From Trichodelitschia bisporula (Eukaryota): a stretch of DNA of 64,000 nt. Positions 47,066 to 60,042 of the stretch are shown in pieces (position 1 is the first letter of the stretch; each line of letters opens with the position of its first letter). Below the pieces are notes generated by a model that saw only the letters and a list, made by a program, of their open reading frames with translations, was not told the origin of the DNA and searched no databases. The translations under genes were made by a program, and so were the position numbers. The DNA is taken from the NCBI GenBank assembly GCA_010356995.1, contig ML996697.1, positions 492,153-556,152 of the forward strand. The letters are read 5' to 3'.

Positions 47066-47745
47066 GGTGATTGCTGGAGGGGATGGGGTAGGAGGAATGT
47101 GATGTACGAGAGTAGGTGCTAGTGGTGATAGGGAGGGTCAATTCGTGATTTAAGAGGGAATCTATGGATTGGAGTTTGTCGTCGGGAGTCCGATTGCCAG
47201 TCGTGCGCGGAGAAGGCAGGGCTTGCCGAGGCTGAAGATTCGGGCTGAAATTGCACCGCCACAGATACCAGCTTGATATCAGGCCATAAGGCAGTAGCAG
47301 AAAAGATGCCTGAACCCTGCACGCGTCAACCCCACGGACCTCATTGAACTTGTGACGAGAGACGGACGCGGGAGTAAGAGGAACGTCAGACCTTCACACC
47401 TCTCACCTTACAACTGCCAATTCTCTTCTTCTACTTCCTCCACCTTTCCTCTTGTTACGGTATTTGTTAGCCGTAATCTCTCGCATCATTTACCTTTCCT
47501 TCGTAATCTCCCTACACCTCCGAGTCGATCGGCCCGTCGCGTTTCGAGACACCTTCAGCCCTCCGCCATTGCGTCCATGGCGTTTCAAGCCTATTGACCA
47601 CTGAGCAGCCACGATATCCACAGGAGGAGCCGTGGTCTAGGTTGAATAAACGATCGGTGTTGAAAGAGTTGGTGCGAAAGAAGGGTTCGAGGGTCCGCCG
47701 CCCCTTTACAACTACGTTCGCCGCTGCCAAAGTTCAACCGCCACC

Positions 47746-50700
47746 ATGGAACAGCCTTCACGTTTAAAGCCCAGTGAGGAGAGAGACGAAAGTGTGTCTC
47801 CCATGACACGCAGTCCTCGATCTCTGTCGCCACTATCGAAGACGTTGGACAACAATCTGACGCCCTCGAAGTCAGCGCAATCGAATGGAGCATCTGAGAC
47901 GTCGAACGGCAAGCTCGCTCCTCCTCTCGATCTAGAGACGAAGTTTGCACCCTCTGTGACCAGAGGGGACGAATTCCCCTTCAATTGCCCTCCCGCCGGG
48001 GTGGCCACAGATCCGGTGAACAACTTTATCAGCGTTATCGATCATGCTCCGACAAGGGAGTTACTCCGTACACCGGAGGGGGAGAGAGAGGACGTGGCAA
48101 CCGAACTTGCTCCAAGCGGACTGTCTCGCAAACCTACAACGGAGACCCTCGGCACTACGACCCCAACTGGCCGCCGGAGCGTAACATTCACACGGGATAC
48201 CGCCTTTGAAGCTACACAGCCTGGCCCGTCGTCACAGATGTTGCATTCGCGGCAGGCGTCGTTGGATGCTCAGGATAGTGAAGGAGGTGGAAAGGACAAA
48301 GAGAAGCTGGGTTCATCGCTGCTATCAAAGCTGAAGGCCTTAGCTTCACCGATTACACTCCAGTCGCATGGCCGGTCATTGAGTGGTTGGTCTATCGGCG
48401 ATTCGCAATGGATGGAGGGGGAGACGCCCATAGAACCCGATGGGGCTCGGGACGACGGTCAACCGTACTCTGAATATGAAGGAGACGCCGATGCCGAGGA
48501 ATCAGCGGCCGAAGGCCGACCATCACGCACCCGCAAACGCAGAAAGTCCCGGCGCATGGCAGACGACGGCCCTTCCACCGCGCCCACCACACCCCGTGCA
48601 GTCGTCAAGATGCCATTCCGACGCGATTCCGACCGCACGCCCCCTTCCTCCTCCACTGCCGTCAGACCTCCGGGTCTTCCCCGCCGCGCCACGATGACCG
48701 AGATCCCGGAACACCAGCGACTTGCGTTCTCCGAAGACGAAGGCCGAGATCGGCTTGGTGATGATGGTCTCTGGCGTCGTGGCAGTGCATGGATGCACGC
48801 TCGCGGCCAGAGCTACAGCGTCGGAACGCGTGCCGGGGAAACTGCGGATAGCAAACGCCCCAGCGGTCTCCGTCGACTGACTGCGTTTGGATCACACGAG
48901 GCCGGTGAATCACCCTCCGGCTGGCGTCTTCGCGGCAGTGACCGCGGCTCGAGCCTTAGTGCCCAAAAATGGAAACACCTCAAAGCAAGCATCAAGATGC
49001 TCGGCCAGCGCAAAAAGGAGGAAACCCAACGTATCGACCACGCTAAATCCGCGGAACTGATGGCCGAGCTACTCGCCGGTGCCCCTGCGGCACTTTTCCT
49101 CGCAAGCATGTTCCAGCGCGATGAACACGGACACAAGCGCATTCCTGTGCTTCTCGAACAGCTCCGCGTGAGGGTCACCGATAGCCAGCGGACGGAGAGC
49201 GACAGACACCAGGTTTTCCGAATCGAACTCGAGTACGGCAGCGCTCTGGCCCGCATGAAATGGATCATTCAGCGTAGCCTCCGTGACTTTGTCAATCTGC
49301 ACCTCAAGTACAAGTTCCAAAGCAAAACCGACAAGTACATCCATTCTCGCGCTCCGGAGCGCTCCAAGCTGCCCAAGTTTCCGATGAGCTCGTTCCCCTA
49401 CCTGCGCGGTGTGCGCGGGATGTTTGAAGATGAAGAGGAAGAAGAGGAGGAGGATGATCTACCTACTGCTGGCGAACAGAGCGGCGTGGATGGCGAGATG
49501 AGTGGTGTGGACCGACCGGGTAAACCCAAAAAGCGGCGCTCGTCGTTCAACTTCAACCGCAGGAAGACCGGCCCCGTGCTTGATACCCCTCAGAGCATCA
49601 TGGAGGCGTCGGGGCGTCAGGGTAGCTCAGTAGGGGGCGCGCGCAAGGAGACCTTCCCCGAACTCCAGCGCCGTCGCCTTGAACACTATCTGCACAAGTT
49701 GATCACCTACGTTATCTTCCGTCCTGATAGCAACCGGCTCTGCAAGTTTCTCGAGCTGTCAGCACTGGGTGTGCGTCTAGCTGCCGAGGGCGGCTACCAC
49801 GGCAAGGAAGGCTTCATGTCTGTCAAGGCGGGCAAGAAGCTCAGCTTCCAAAAGAATAAGGTTAGCCTGCTCGCCTCGCGGCAGCTGCCCAAGTGGTTCC
49901 TGGTGCGGGCAAGTTACATCGTGTGCGTCGACTCGCCGGAAGAGATGAATATCTACGAGGTTTTCCTCGTTGATCCGTCATTTGCAACCGAGAAGAAGAA
50001 GGAGCGACTCCGCGACGAAAAGGCCAAAGAGCTGGCAAAGCGCGCAAAAGATACGGCGCGTCACCCGTCATCCTTTCACCAAATGCGCATCAAGAACTCG
50101 GAAGGTACGGTCAAAGTGCTAGCCAAAAATGAGCGCCAGCTACACCAGTTTGAGGCATCCATCAACTTCATGGTCTCACAGAGCATTTGGGCTCAACCCA
50201 AGCGCTATGACAGCTTCGCCCCGATCCGTACCGATGTCTATGCACAAGCTCTGGTTGACGGCCGGGACTACATGTGGAATGTTTCGCGTGCTATCAGCAT
50301 GGCCCGCGACGTCATCTACATTCATGACTGGTGGCTTAGCCCTGAGCTCTACATGAGGCGTCCACCTGCGATCAGCCAGAAATGGCGGCTGGACCGGTTG
50401 CTCAAGCGCAAGGCCGATGAGGGCGTCAAAATTTACGTCATTATGTACCGAAACGTCAACTCTGCCATCCCCATCGACTCCGAGTACACCAAGTTCTCGC
50501 TCCTTGACCTTAGCGACAATGTCTACGTCCAACGCTCGCCGAACCAGATCCGCCAGAACACCTTCTTTTGGGCACATCACGAGAAGATCCTGGTCGTTGA
50601 TCATTGCGTTGCCTTCTGCGGCGGTGTGGATCTCTGCTTCGGCCGCTGGGACACACCTGCTCACACCCTCATCGACGACAAGCTGACGGGCTTCGAGGTT

Positions 50701-53242
50701 AACGACCTGCCCAAGGACGCCGATAACTGCCAGCTGTGGCCAGGTAAAGACTACTCCAACCCGCGCGTGCAGGACTTCTACAATCTCGACAAGCCGTACG
50801 AGGAAATGTACGACCGGACTAAGATTCCGCGGATGCCGTGGCACGACATCGGTATGCAGGTGATCGGCCAGCCGGCGCGCGACCTGAGCCGCCACTTCGT
50901 ACAGCGCTGGAACTTCATCCTGCGGCAGCGTAAGCCGTCGCGTCCGACGCCCATGTTACTCCCGCCCCCTGACTTCCTGCCTGCCGACATTGAGGCCCTG
51001 GGCCTGAACGGGACGTGCGAAGTGCAAATCCTGCGGTCGGCATGTCAGTGGTCGCTGGGAACGGTAGGCAAGGTCGAGTGCAGCATCATGAATGCGTACG
51101 TGGACATGATCCGCAACTCGGAGCACTTTGTCTACATCGAGAATCAGTTTTTCATCAGCTCATGCGAGATGGAAAACACGAAGATCGAGAACAAGATTGG
51201 TGATGCGCTGGTCGAGCGGATCATGCGCGCACAAGCCCACGGCGAATCCTGGCGCGCTGTCATCCTCATCCCCCTCATGCCTGGATTCCAGAACACCGTT
51301 GACGCGCAGGACGGTAGCAGCGTGCGCCTGATCATGCAGTGCCAGTACCGCAGCATTTGCCGCGGGTCGAGCTCCATCTTCGAGCGCCTCCGTCAAGCTG
51401 GCATCGAGCCCGAGGATTACATCCAGTTCTACGCGCTGCGTTCGTGGGGTAAGATCGGGCCCAACCAGTCGCTCGTCACAGAGCAGCTGTACATCCACGC
51501 GAAGTGTATGATCGTGGACGACCGCATTGCAATCATTGGCTCTGCGAATATCAACGAGCGCTCCATGCTTGGCTCGCGAGACAGCGAAGTTGCCGCCATT
51601 GTCCGCGACACCGACATGTTTCCGTCGCACATGGATGGTGAGGAGTACTACGTGTCGCGCTTCGCGCATGACCTTCGCGTACGCCTCATGCGCGAGCATC
51701 TCGGCCTCGATGTTGACGGCATCCGCGAGGAAGAGCTGGAGGAGGAGCAGTTTGAGCGCGAAATGGATGCCGTTTACCAAGCGCAGGAGCAGCGTCGCAC
51801 GGAGGACGACTCGAGCATCTCCTCGCCGGATTCTGATCGCGCAACCGAGCAGCGGTTGATCGACAACAAGCACCGCATCCAGGAGGAGCTCATCGCCCGC
51901 CAGGAGCAAGTGCACTCGTTCAACCACGACGTTGACTGGACGCAGGCTGCTAACCCCAACATCGTGTCTAAGAAGCGTCCTACTTCCGATCCCCGCGTCA
52001 CGAACAACCCCACTCACCGCGCGGATGTCGCCGGCGAGGGCGAAGACCACATGCTCGAGCACCTCGACGAGCAAGTCGCTCGGGACACGATCGTTGACCA
52101 ACGTGGCCTCGAGGTCCTGGTCTCGGATCTAGCTCCCGAGGGCAAGGGCAGCCTCGCACGCCCCACGCACGCTCCACGCCGTCGCCACCGCGCGAAGAGC
52201 GAGGTCGAGCAAGCGGTGCCCATGCCCCCCGCTCCACCTCCGCGTGTCAATACGTACCATCTCGGCCTCCCCCAGCTCTCCACCCTCCCCGCGCTGCCCG
52301 TCGAAGATGACACCGACATCGGCGGCCCGCCGCTCGTCCACACCTTGCCCAACGGCGCCGGCACCGGCCCAGGCACCGGCTACACCGGCGCCTTCGCCGC
52401 CGCCGCCGCCGACCTCCGCCGTCCCGAAGTATCCGTCAACTGCATGCGCGACCCGCTCATCGACACTTTCTACCAAGACACGTGGCACACGGTCGCGGAG
52501 AATAACACCAAGCTGTACAGGCAGGTCTTCCGCTGCATGCCGGATAACGAGGTCAAGACGTGGCGCGAGTATAAGGAGTATATGGCGTTTGGGGAACGGT
52601 TTGCGCAGAGCCAGGGCGCGGGGCGGAGTAAGTCTCGGATTGCGCAGGACGCGAAGGGGAAGTCGGGGCCGCCGGGGTCGGGGGGGAAGATCGGTGAGAT
52701 GGTGGAGAAAGTGGCGGAGATGATGCCGGGGGGGGAGGGGAAGGATAATACCCCTATGGGCGGGATTGGGGAGTGGGCGGAGGAGCAGGAGAAGCGCGTG
52801 CAGGAGAAGCAGGCGGGGGATGAGAAGGAGGGGATTGAGGCGGAGGAGCAGGTTGAGCGTGGAGAGGGGGGGCGGAGAGTTACTATTTCCACCCCGCCTG
52901 GGAGCGGGTCTGCTAACGGCATTGCCAATGCCAACGGAAATGGCAACGGGCCTGCGTACGGGAACGGTGGTGGCAGTAAGCGGCGTCGCCGCGCGACAAC
53001 GAAGTCTAGTGGGCGGGCGTTCCATGCTGACGACGATTCGGCGATGATGCCGAAGGAAGAAGCCGAGGATATGCTGGAAATGGTGCAGGGCACGTTGGTC
53101 CTGTGGCCGTATGAGTGGCTGGAGAAGGAGGAGCGGGGCGGCGGGTGGTTGTATGCGGTAGATCAGATCGCGCCATTGGAGATCTAGTGAGTATTCCCCC
53201 TTTGATTTGGGAGAGGATGAGACTAACGTGAACAGCACGTAA
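47746..53242 (+). CDS. SPO14: Phospholipase D1 (PX-PH-PLD)
   Basis: Main exon 47746-53186, intron 53187-53235, terminal exon 53236-53242 giving ...APLEIYT*. Two HKD motifs (WAHHEKILVVD and YIHAKCMIVDD); IHDWWLSPELY, PRMPWHD, GSANINERS. Confidence 0.97.
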
Positions 53243-53811
53243 TGGCTCCGGGCGATGAATGGAGAGGGGAGTGGCGGTTTTGTAGACGGATGTGCTGTTT
53301 GATGGCGTTTTCCCGCTTTTCTACTAGCATTGCATTGGGAGTTTTTGACTTGATTTGTATAACAGCCTTGCGGCCTCGTAGGTGGCCTTCCTGCTGCTCC
53401 TTTTTATGCAAGTTTACTACATCCACATGCATCTGATATTTTGAAGCGGCGTTGAAGTATTAAAAGGGGATGTATACTTGTTCTTCTTCTGCCCTTTTCG
53501 CTCGTTCCTTCCGTCACTACTATGAGCGTTTATGGTATTTTCATCGACTGATCGCTCGTTAGATGCTTTGGTATGGTTTTGCGACTCTGAGATGTTGATC
53601 CTGTTTTCAGTACTCAGCATAGACCTGATAGTAGCTAATGGCAAAAGCAGCGGCACTCATCCGACTCACAACCGAAGCTTCATGAAGACCCAATCCAATT
53701 ACCCATATCTAAGCGACCAAAAATACACAACTCCACATAATGCCATTCTGATCATCCTCCTCCATTACATCACCCCTATCCAACTCCGCTCACAATCCAA
53801 CCACCCCACAC

Positions 53812-54744
53812 CTAGATCATAAGAACAGCCCCCACAACCCCCAGCACCCCCGCCAACCCAAGCCCACCACTCACCCTCCCCGCCCCCCCCTGCGTCCCAT
53901 TCCCAGCACCTGCACTCGCGCGAATCGCCGTCGTAGCCGGGAGCCCCGTCTCCGCAAGGATAGCCGCGATGTTCGTATCCGTCGTTGTTTCCGTAGCTGC
54001 GGGCACGGGGATCACGTCGATGACTTCGGGGGGCGGGGTTGGGGCGGGCGCCGCCTGGGCTGGCATTAGCACTCATGTCCAAGAAAGGGAGAGGGGAGGG
54101 GAGCTTACATCAGTACCCGGGTTCATCGACGCCCCGACTTGCCCGTCCATGCGCTCGCTCACGGGCACGGCGCCCGCGGCCACACCGCCGCCGCTGCCGG
54201 TCGGCTCGAGCACGGCGACGACGGTGGGGGCGGAGGATGCGCCGTCCACGGCTACGACGGCGGGTGGCGGGGGCGGGGCCGGCTGCGGAGAGCCATTGAC
54301 GATTTTGATGGGCACGCACTGCGGGGCCCAGCTGCGGTCATAGAGGTTATAAAAGTCGCCTGACAGGCACTGGTAAAACGTCGTCGTCGGCCCGAGGCCG
54401 AGAGTGCCGTTGGGGCACAGGGTGAAGCCCGTGGTGTAGAGCGCGCCGGTTTGCGGTGGGTTGTCGAATTGGAACTGGTAGTTCGAGGCGATGTACCCCG
54501 TGCGGCCTTGGGAGTCGAGTAGCTTGCCATCACGGAGAGTGCAGGTCAGCGTGTCCTTTTGCTGTTGCTGGCGCTTTTGATGCGGCTGCCCGTTGCTGGC
54601 GCTCACAACGGCCAGCGGGAAGGTCCCGTCGTGCGAGGAGGAGCATTCGCTTGGTGTGCCGCCCGGTGGGGGGATGGCCTGTGTGACGCCTTGCGCTGCG
54701 GCGAGGGCGGCGAGAGAAAGGAGGCGCGGGTCGAGGAGGTGCAT
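53812..54744 (-). CDS. PIR/Cis3-like cell-wall mannoprotein with GPI-type C-terminus
   Basis: Exons 54744-54109 and 54054-53812. Signal peptide; KR processing site; PIR Cys domain TLRDGKLLDSQGRTGYIASNYQFQFD...FYQCLSGDFYNLYD...QC; repeat-like SERMDGQV; hydrophobic tail GLGLAGVLGVVGAVLMI. Confidence 0.9.
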
Positions 54745-57238
54745 ATTAGGATTAAGTATCGATCTCTACTTTGCGCGATACTGAAAACTGTTCGCAACGT
54801 CGTGGTCGGGCGTCGTCGCGTGCCAAAGGAAACCCGTAGAAAGGCAAATGTCGCAAACGAGCTACGTCGTTAAATCGGCGTCCAGGTTGGCGACTGCGGG
54901 CAAGTGTGTATTTTACGCGGAGCCGCGAAATTGAAGCAAGGGGCCCCTTGTGCGAGGTTGAATTGATGTTGATTGGGGTTGATTAAGAGCTGCGCTGGAG
55001 ATCTGATGAACAGCAAGAGATGGGTTGTAACGGCCTGGACTGCGCGGTCTTTAATACCGCCCTGATGAGCGATACTCTCCCCTTGCTGCGTACCGCATGA
55101 TCTATGATGCGTCGGCTTTGCGCAGCTTCGCATGCAAACGAGGGAAACTTCCCTCGCGTTCCAGCCGCGCAAACCGCACCGTCGAGCACTGTACCGAAAG
55201 GCGCCGCACCAGAGAGTACTACATCCTTCATCTCACCACCTTCCACTCTACCCCGACAGGTCCAATAGTTACACCCAGGGTCCAGAAAGGATATCATCTC
55301 TCGAACTCGACCCGGGCGGGCGCGGGAGTGACAGTGGAAGGAAGCGCAAAACCGGGCATAGGTGTGGCACCTAGGGCTCGTCAAGCGATCGTCATATAAC
55401 AATGCGGCGTATTCTGAGGACGGGTCAGGGCTGCGGACGGGTAAGTTGGGGTGGGAACGTCATTAACGCTATGTAGCCGTAATTTGGGTGATGGCTGGGG
55501 TTACACGGTCCAGGCACACTTCTACCGGCTTTGGTTAGCTTTTGGAAGAAGGTATGGGTATTCTTAGTGTGGCAAAAGGTTCATGAGGCTCAGTAGGAGG
55601 CAACATGATGGTCTGGCCGGCCGCTCAGTCTACCGTAGTATTGCGATGTTGCCGGGCCGGCGCGAAGCGGCACGGCAGAGGCGGAGGGGTGAGGTTCGAT
55701 TCGTGGGCTCGGGAAAGCGCGGAGTCTTGATCGGGCTGTCAGGGGAGGGAGACAAGGTCAATTGCTGGACAGGAAGATGGCGGAGGATGAGTGATCATGG
55801 TGGAGAGGTGGTGAGGTGGTGAGGTGGTAAGAGAAGAAGAGTACCGTAAACGTGTCAGAGACGAAACCCCTCATCGTCGCTCCTTCCTCTTCCTAATGCG
55901 GTCCTCCCCCAATCCAGCCAAGCTGCATGACATCGTGGGCGCCACAAGCCTTACGCATGCACAGCCACGCGGCCACGCCAACGCTGGTAACAAGCGTGAT
56001 AGGTCGACCAACGAAATAGTTCGATAGAACACGCTTCCGGGAGTGGTACTGCAAAAACCAAATCCTCCGGCAACAAGAAGGGGGCGTGAGAATAAAGGAG
56101 CCAGGTATGTCATCCCCCTACCCCTCTCCAAAGAAGCACTCCCCCACTCCAAGCCACACCCGCATTCGCCACAGCTGAGGGGCAGCCTTGCCCCCGGTCC
56201 CGACGCCGTAATTGGCGATCCGCCTCCCCTCCCCCCCATCGATGCACCGTTCACCAACGTACCTTCGCGCCATACGCGCAGCCCCCCTCGCACCGTTATC
56301 GCGAAGGGGGTAGAAGGCACCAATCCCCTCATCACGCAATTGGTTCGAAGATGCCCAACCGTCTCCACCAACACCGTTCGCTGGAGCTGAACTAACGGCC
56401 ACGATCAAATACCCGAGCTATACGTGACCGCCACGACCGCTGATCAACACCCGGTGATACGAGCAGCGTCCCCACCACCAGCTGCAGCGTCGAGCGCCCC
56501 ATCGGACATAACTCCTGGTTTCCTGCGCCTATTGGCCGTTGGTAGCCGTTCATCTCAAGCGCCCCCGCCGCCGGGTCCACAGAGCACGGTCCTCCCGTAC
56601 CCGCGCGCCGGGAACGGGAGCCGATTTGCCACTGTGCTGGACGCCGATTTACCGCTGCGGTGCGGCATGCCGATTCGGTGCCGTTTGAATAGTGGGCTAG
56701 TGGTTAGTTGGGTAGGAGACGTCATGCGTACATGGGCGGTAAGTCGGCGTGTTGCATCGCGCGCTTAGCCCCCCTTTGCCCGAACCGCGTGGCATATTTG
56801 CGCTGACCATACGGGGAATATGTCTACATGAGGACAGTGCTGGGAAGGCCAATAGTGTGAGATGGAGGAATTTGGAAGGGGATAATTGGAATACTACAGT
56901 ATCCACGCGCAATTGCTCGATTCCCATGCGAAAATGCCTTGTAGAAATGACAAACATCAAAGTTCCCCATCTAAAGCAGCTACCACATAACCCAAGTCTA
57001 CCGTATAACCGAAATGCGTATACGCCCTCCCGCCCGATGTACCCCACAAAAAGAAAATTGAATGTCGCCGACGAGATGGCTAACGATGCTAATACAACGA
57101 TCAACAGATGCCGCCCCGACTGACTGCCAAAAGAACGGCCGCCTGGAGTCAGAACTTCATTCTGCATCTCGTCTTTTGAAATGAAGTGTGCCTGGTGTTA
57201 CAACGTCTCGGGAGGGGATGAGCATCTCGATGTGTTCG

Positions 57239-58006
57239 CTATCCGGAGTGAAGATGCTGCTGGATTACAGCCAGCGGCGGGTCCTCCGCTATCCACTTCC
57301 CTTGTGCAGAGTCCTGCGCCCGTAGAGAGTAGTCCACATGCTCGTCGGTAACTGCCGCTACTTCCTACGGTAAAGTCAGCTCGGTGCTCGTCCTGATGAG
57401 ACCCTAGAGGATTGACCGTGACCCTGAACTGACAGGGGAGGTCTACTGAGTCAACACCAAAGGGGAGAAGCCAACTTACTGCCCGTAGTTGATTATCGAG
57501 TGCTTGCAAATGCGGCATGAGGCCCGCGTGCGCCCGTTGGCCTTTGAGTATGGCTTGCCTGGAATCGATCCACCGCTGGACGGCCAGTGTCCGCAAGTAC
57601 GCCTTCTGGCACTGGAATCGGCGTACACAAGCATCGCGGATCACCCTGCACCACGGTCAGCGCCGTTGCTCAACAGCCAGCTCTCAGTTACCCTCTCAGC
57701 TGCTCCTTCTCCGCCTCTAGGTTGCCCCGTGGGTGCGTAGCAGGGTTAGCGTACTGCGATGCCAGCACCGCTTGCGCCTCGGACACGCAGGCCCGCAGCA
57801 TCATGTACCCCTCGAGATAATACTCTTCCGGGGTGACGTCCATCTTGACCTGCGTCATGTAGTGCTGCAGGTTTCGAAAGTCCCACATGAGTTCGGCGAC
57901 TCGCATGGCGCGCGCTTCGTTCACTGCAACGCCGAACAGCGGTTAGTGCCTTGCGGCGGCGGATAGATAACGGGTGGGCAGCTCGAGGCTTACATCCGTC
58001 AGCCAT
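57239..58006 (-). CDS. Conserved-looking fungal hypothetical protein, predicted helical
   Basis: Four exons (58006-57994, 57923-57692, 57645-57480, 57364-57239) with canonical splice signals join into MADGLNEARAMRVAELMWDFRNLQ...GKWIAEDPPLAVIQQHLHSG*. Confidence 0.85.
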
Positions 58007-60042
58007 TGAAGTGATGTTGATGATAGAATGAAGCGAGGAAGGTGGAAATGAAGATGAAGACGGTGATTGCGATTGTGAGTTGTAAAAGGAGTGGCGTGTC
58101 TCTTTCAGACGATGATAAGGGATTGACAGCTCTTGCTGGTAGATGTCGTGAGATGATCTTTATAATCTTCAGGTGTCGAGAGAGGGTCCGAGCCCATTGA
58201 TAAAGACCATGCTGAGTCTGATATACGGACGACAAAAGGGGCGGCGACTATCGAGAGGAGGTGGTGAAGTGCAACCTGGCCGGCTGCGAGGAGACGCTGG
58301 CTTGTCCTTCAGGGATGCTCGCATGCCTGGTTAAGCCAAAAGCAGTCAATTGGAGACAAGGTCGGGTTGATGGACGTCTCATTCAGCACCAGACAATAAC
58401 CTCAACGCGTACCGCCCCCCAAGGGTATTCACCCAAAGGTGCTCTGAGTCCACGTTCCGGAGATGACGGGGCAACGTATGCGAAAGTAGTGGAAAGCACC
58501 TCGCAGAGACGAAGAATTCGTTCAGTGCAATGGGTTGGTAGGATAGTCGCCTTTCAGCTTCAAAAGGTCAGCCACATAAGGCTATGATTCGCAGAACGGG
58601 TGGTGCCGGGCGTCCTTAGGGCGATCGTTGGCCCCTGTTCTCCATCTCGGATTGGCTAAAGAGGGAGCAGAAACCAAATGCAAAAGATGTCGTTGAATAC
58701 CAGATGGTTTAACACAGTGCACTCTGTACTCCTGCAAGCACTCTCCATGACTTTGCTGAATTGAGCAAAATATTGCTTTTGGCTTAATACTTGGTGTATA
58801 TGTGGCACATCCGACATATCTCACCCACGAGTTGTGGCTGATGGCTGAGAGTGGCTGCTGCTGGAAATGCTAGGCGCAGCAACGACGAGGCTGTGCTTTA
58901 CCGTGCCAAGTGGAGTAGAAGTGGTGAAATCGAGCCGTTGTTTGGTTCATTGGCCCTGTCCGCCTCTAGAATATTTGGGGGAAAACGCACATATTCTTTG
59001 CCCCTTGCAGGGCTGAAAGACGTTCTTAACCGTCCCTGCAGTAGGCCATGCGGGGGGGTGAAGGGGAAGGGTGAAGTGACTGTTCACGCCATGCTGCCCT
59101 GCCGTCCTAGGGCCATTAGGCTTTGAAGCTTCATACCGGTACGTCACGTCGAAGCCCGTTCTACCCAACCATTGGCCAGAGCTGTTTCCACAAGGCCCGT
59201 TTCACGACATCCAGAAGCCAGATTTGTGTGGCATCTCAGCTGTCGTTGCCTTTCAACTCCCGGTTATGTCGGAGCTAAGTTGACGCTTGCGTAACCGATG
59301 CTCGGCGCAAGGATGCAACGTGGGAGACGGTGAGAGATGATGTACTTGCTAACGATAAGCGCGCACAGGGCTGCGCTTGCGCTATCGATTGCAGCATCAA
59401 CCCATTGCGTTATTGCACCTCACTCGACGTATATGCAGCCATCGGTCGGCTGACAGCGTTGGCAGCGTTAGCACGGAAGTAAAGGATTCCACTGCGGGGA
59501 GCTACCAGAGCTGACAGGTCATTCCAATTGGTATCGCAATCTGGCCGACATGATGAGGCGCAAGAATTGCTGTCCTAGACTTCAGAATTCGCTTGTCAAC
59601 GTCAATTCAATCCAGAGAGCAACACCAAGAGCGCAAGAACTCACGTCATGGGGCTGAAAGGGGTCATGTTCGAGCCTGAATACCAGCGCGCACTGGTTAC
59701 AGCATCAGCTGACACGCAATGGGCAGAGCAGTTAGATTCCACGAAACTAGAAGCTGTTTCGCAGCTGAGGTCGAACAAGAGCTTCAACATCGCCACTATC
59801 CTGTCCTACCTGGCGGGCGCCAAGACTTCAGCCGCAGCTCTAGTCGGAGGCCGGCGCAAAAAGCTCCACCCCCCCTCAGTTGTGGCTTGCACCAATGAAG
59901 GTCGTGGGAAAAAAGTTGCGACGTCGAACCCGAAGATCCCGCAGGCACTCAGCTTTCTACATCCAGCCAGCCTCCTTCACTGTTCGGTGTTCAGCGTGCG
60001 ATTCTGTTCCAATACCGATTTTTCTAGGGCATTCCAAGAAAC

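Noticed and set aside
59298..60040. Intron-like GTGAGA...GCTAAC...AG segment and the 154-aa ORF at 59648 upstream of the WKF gene
   Set aside because: The putative intron is very short, the joined frames close quickly and no motif is recognisable.
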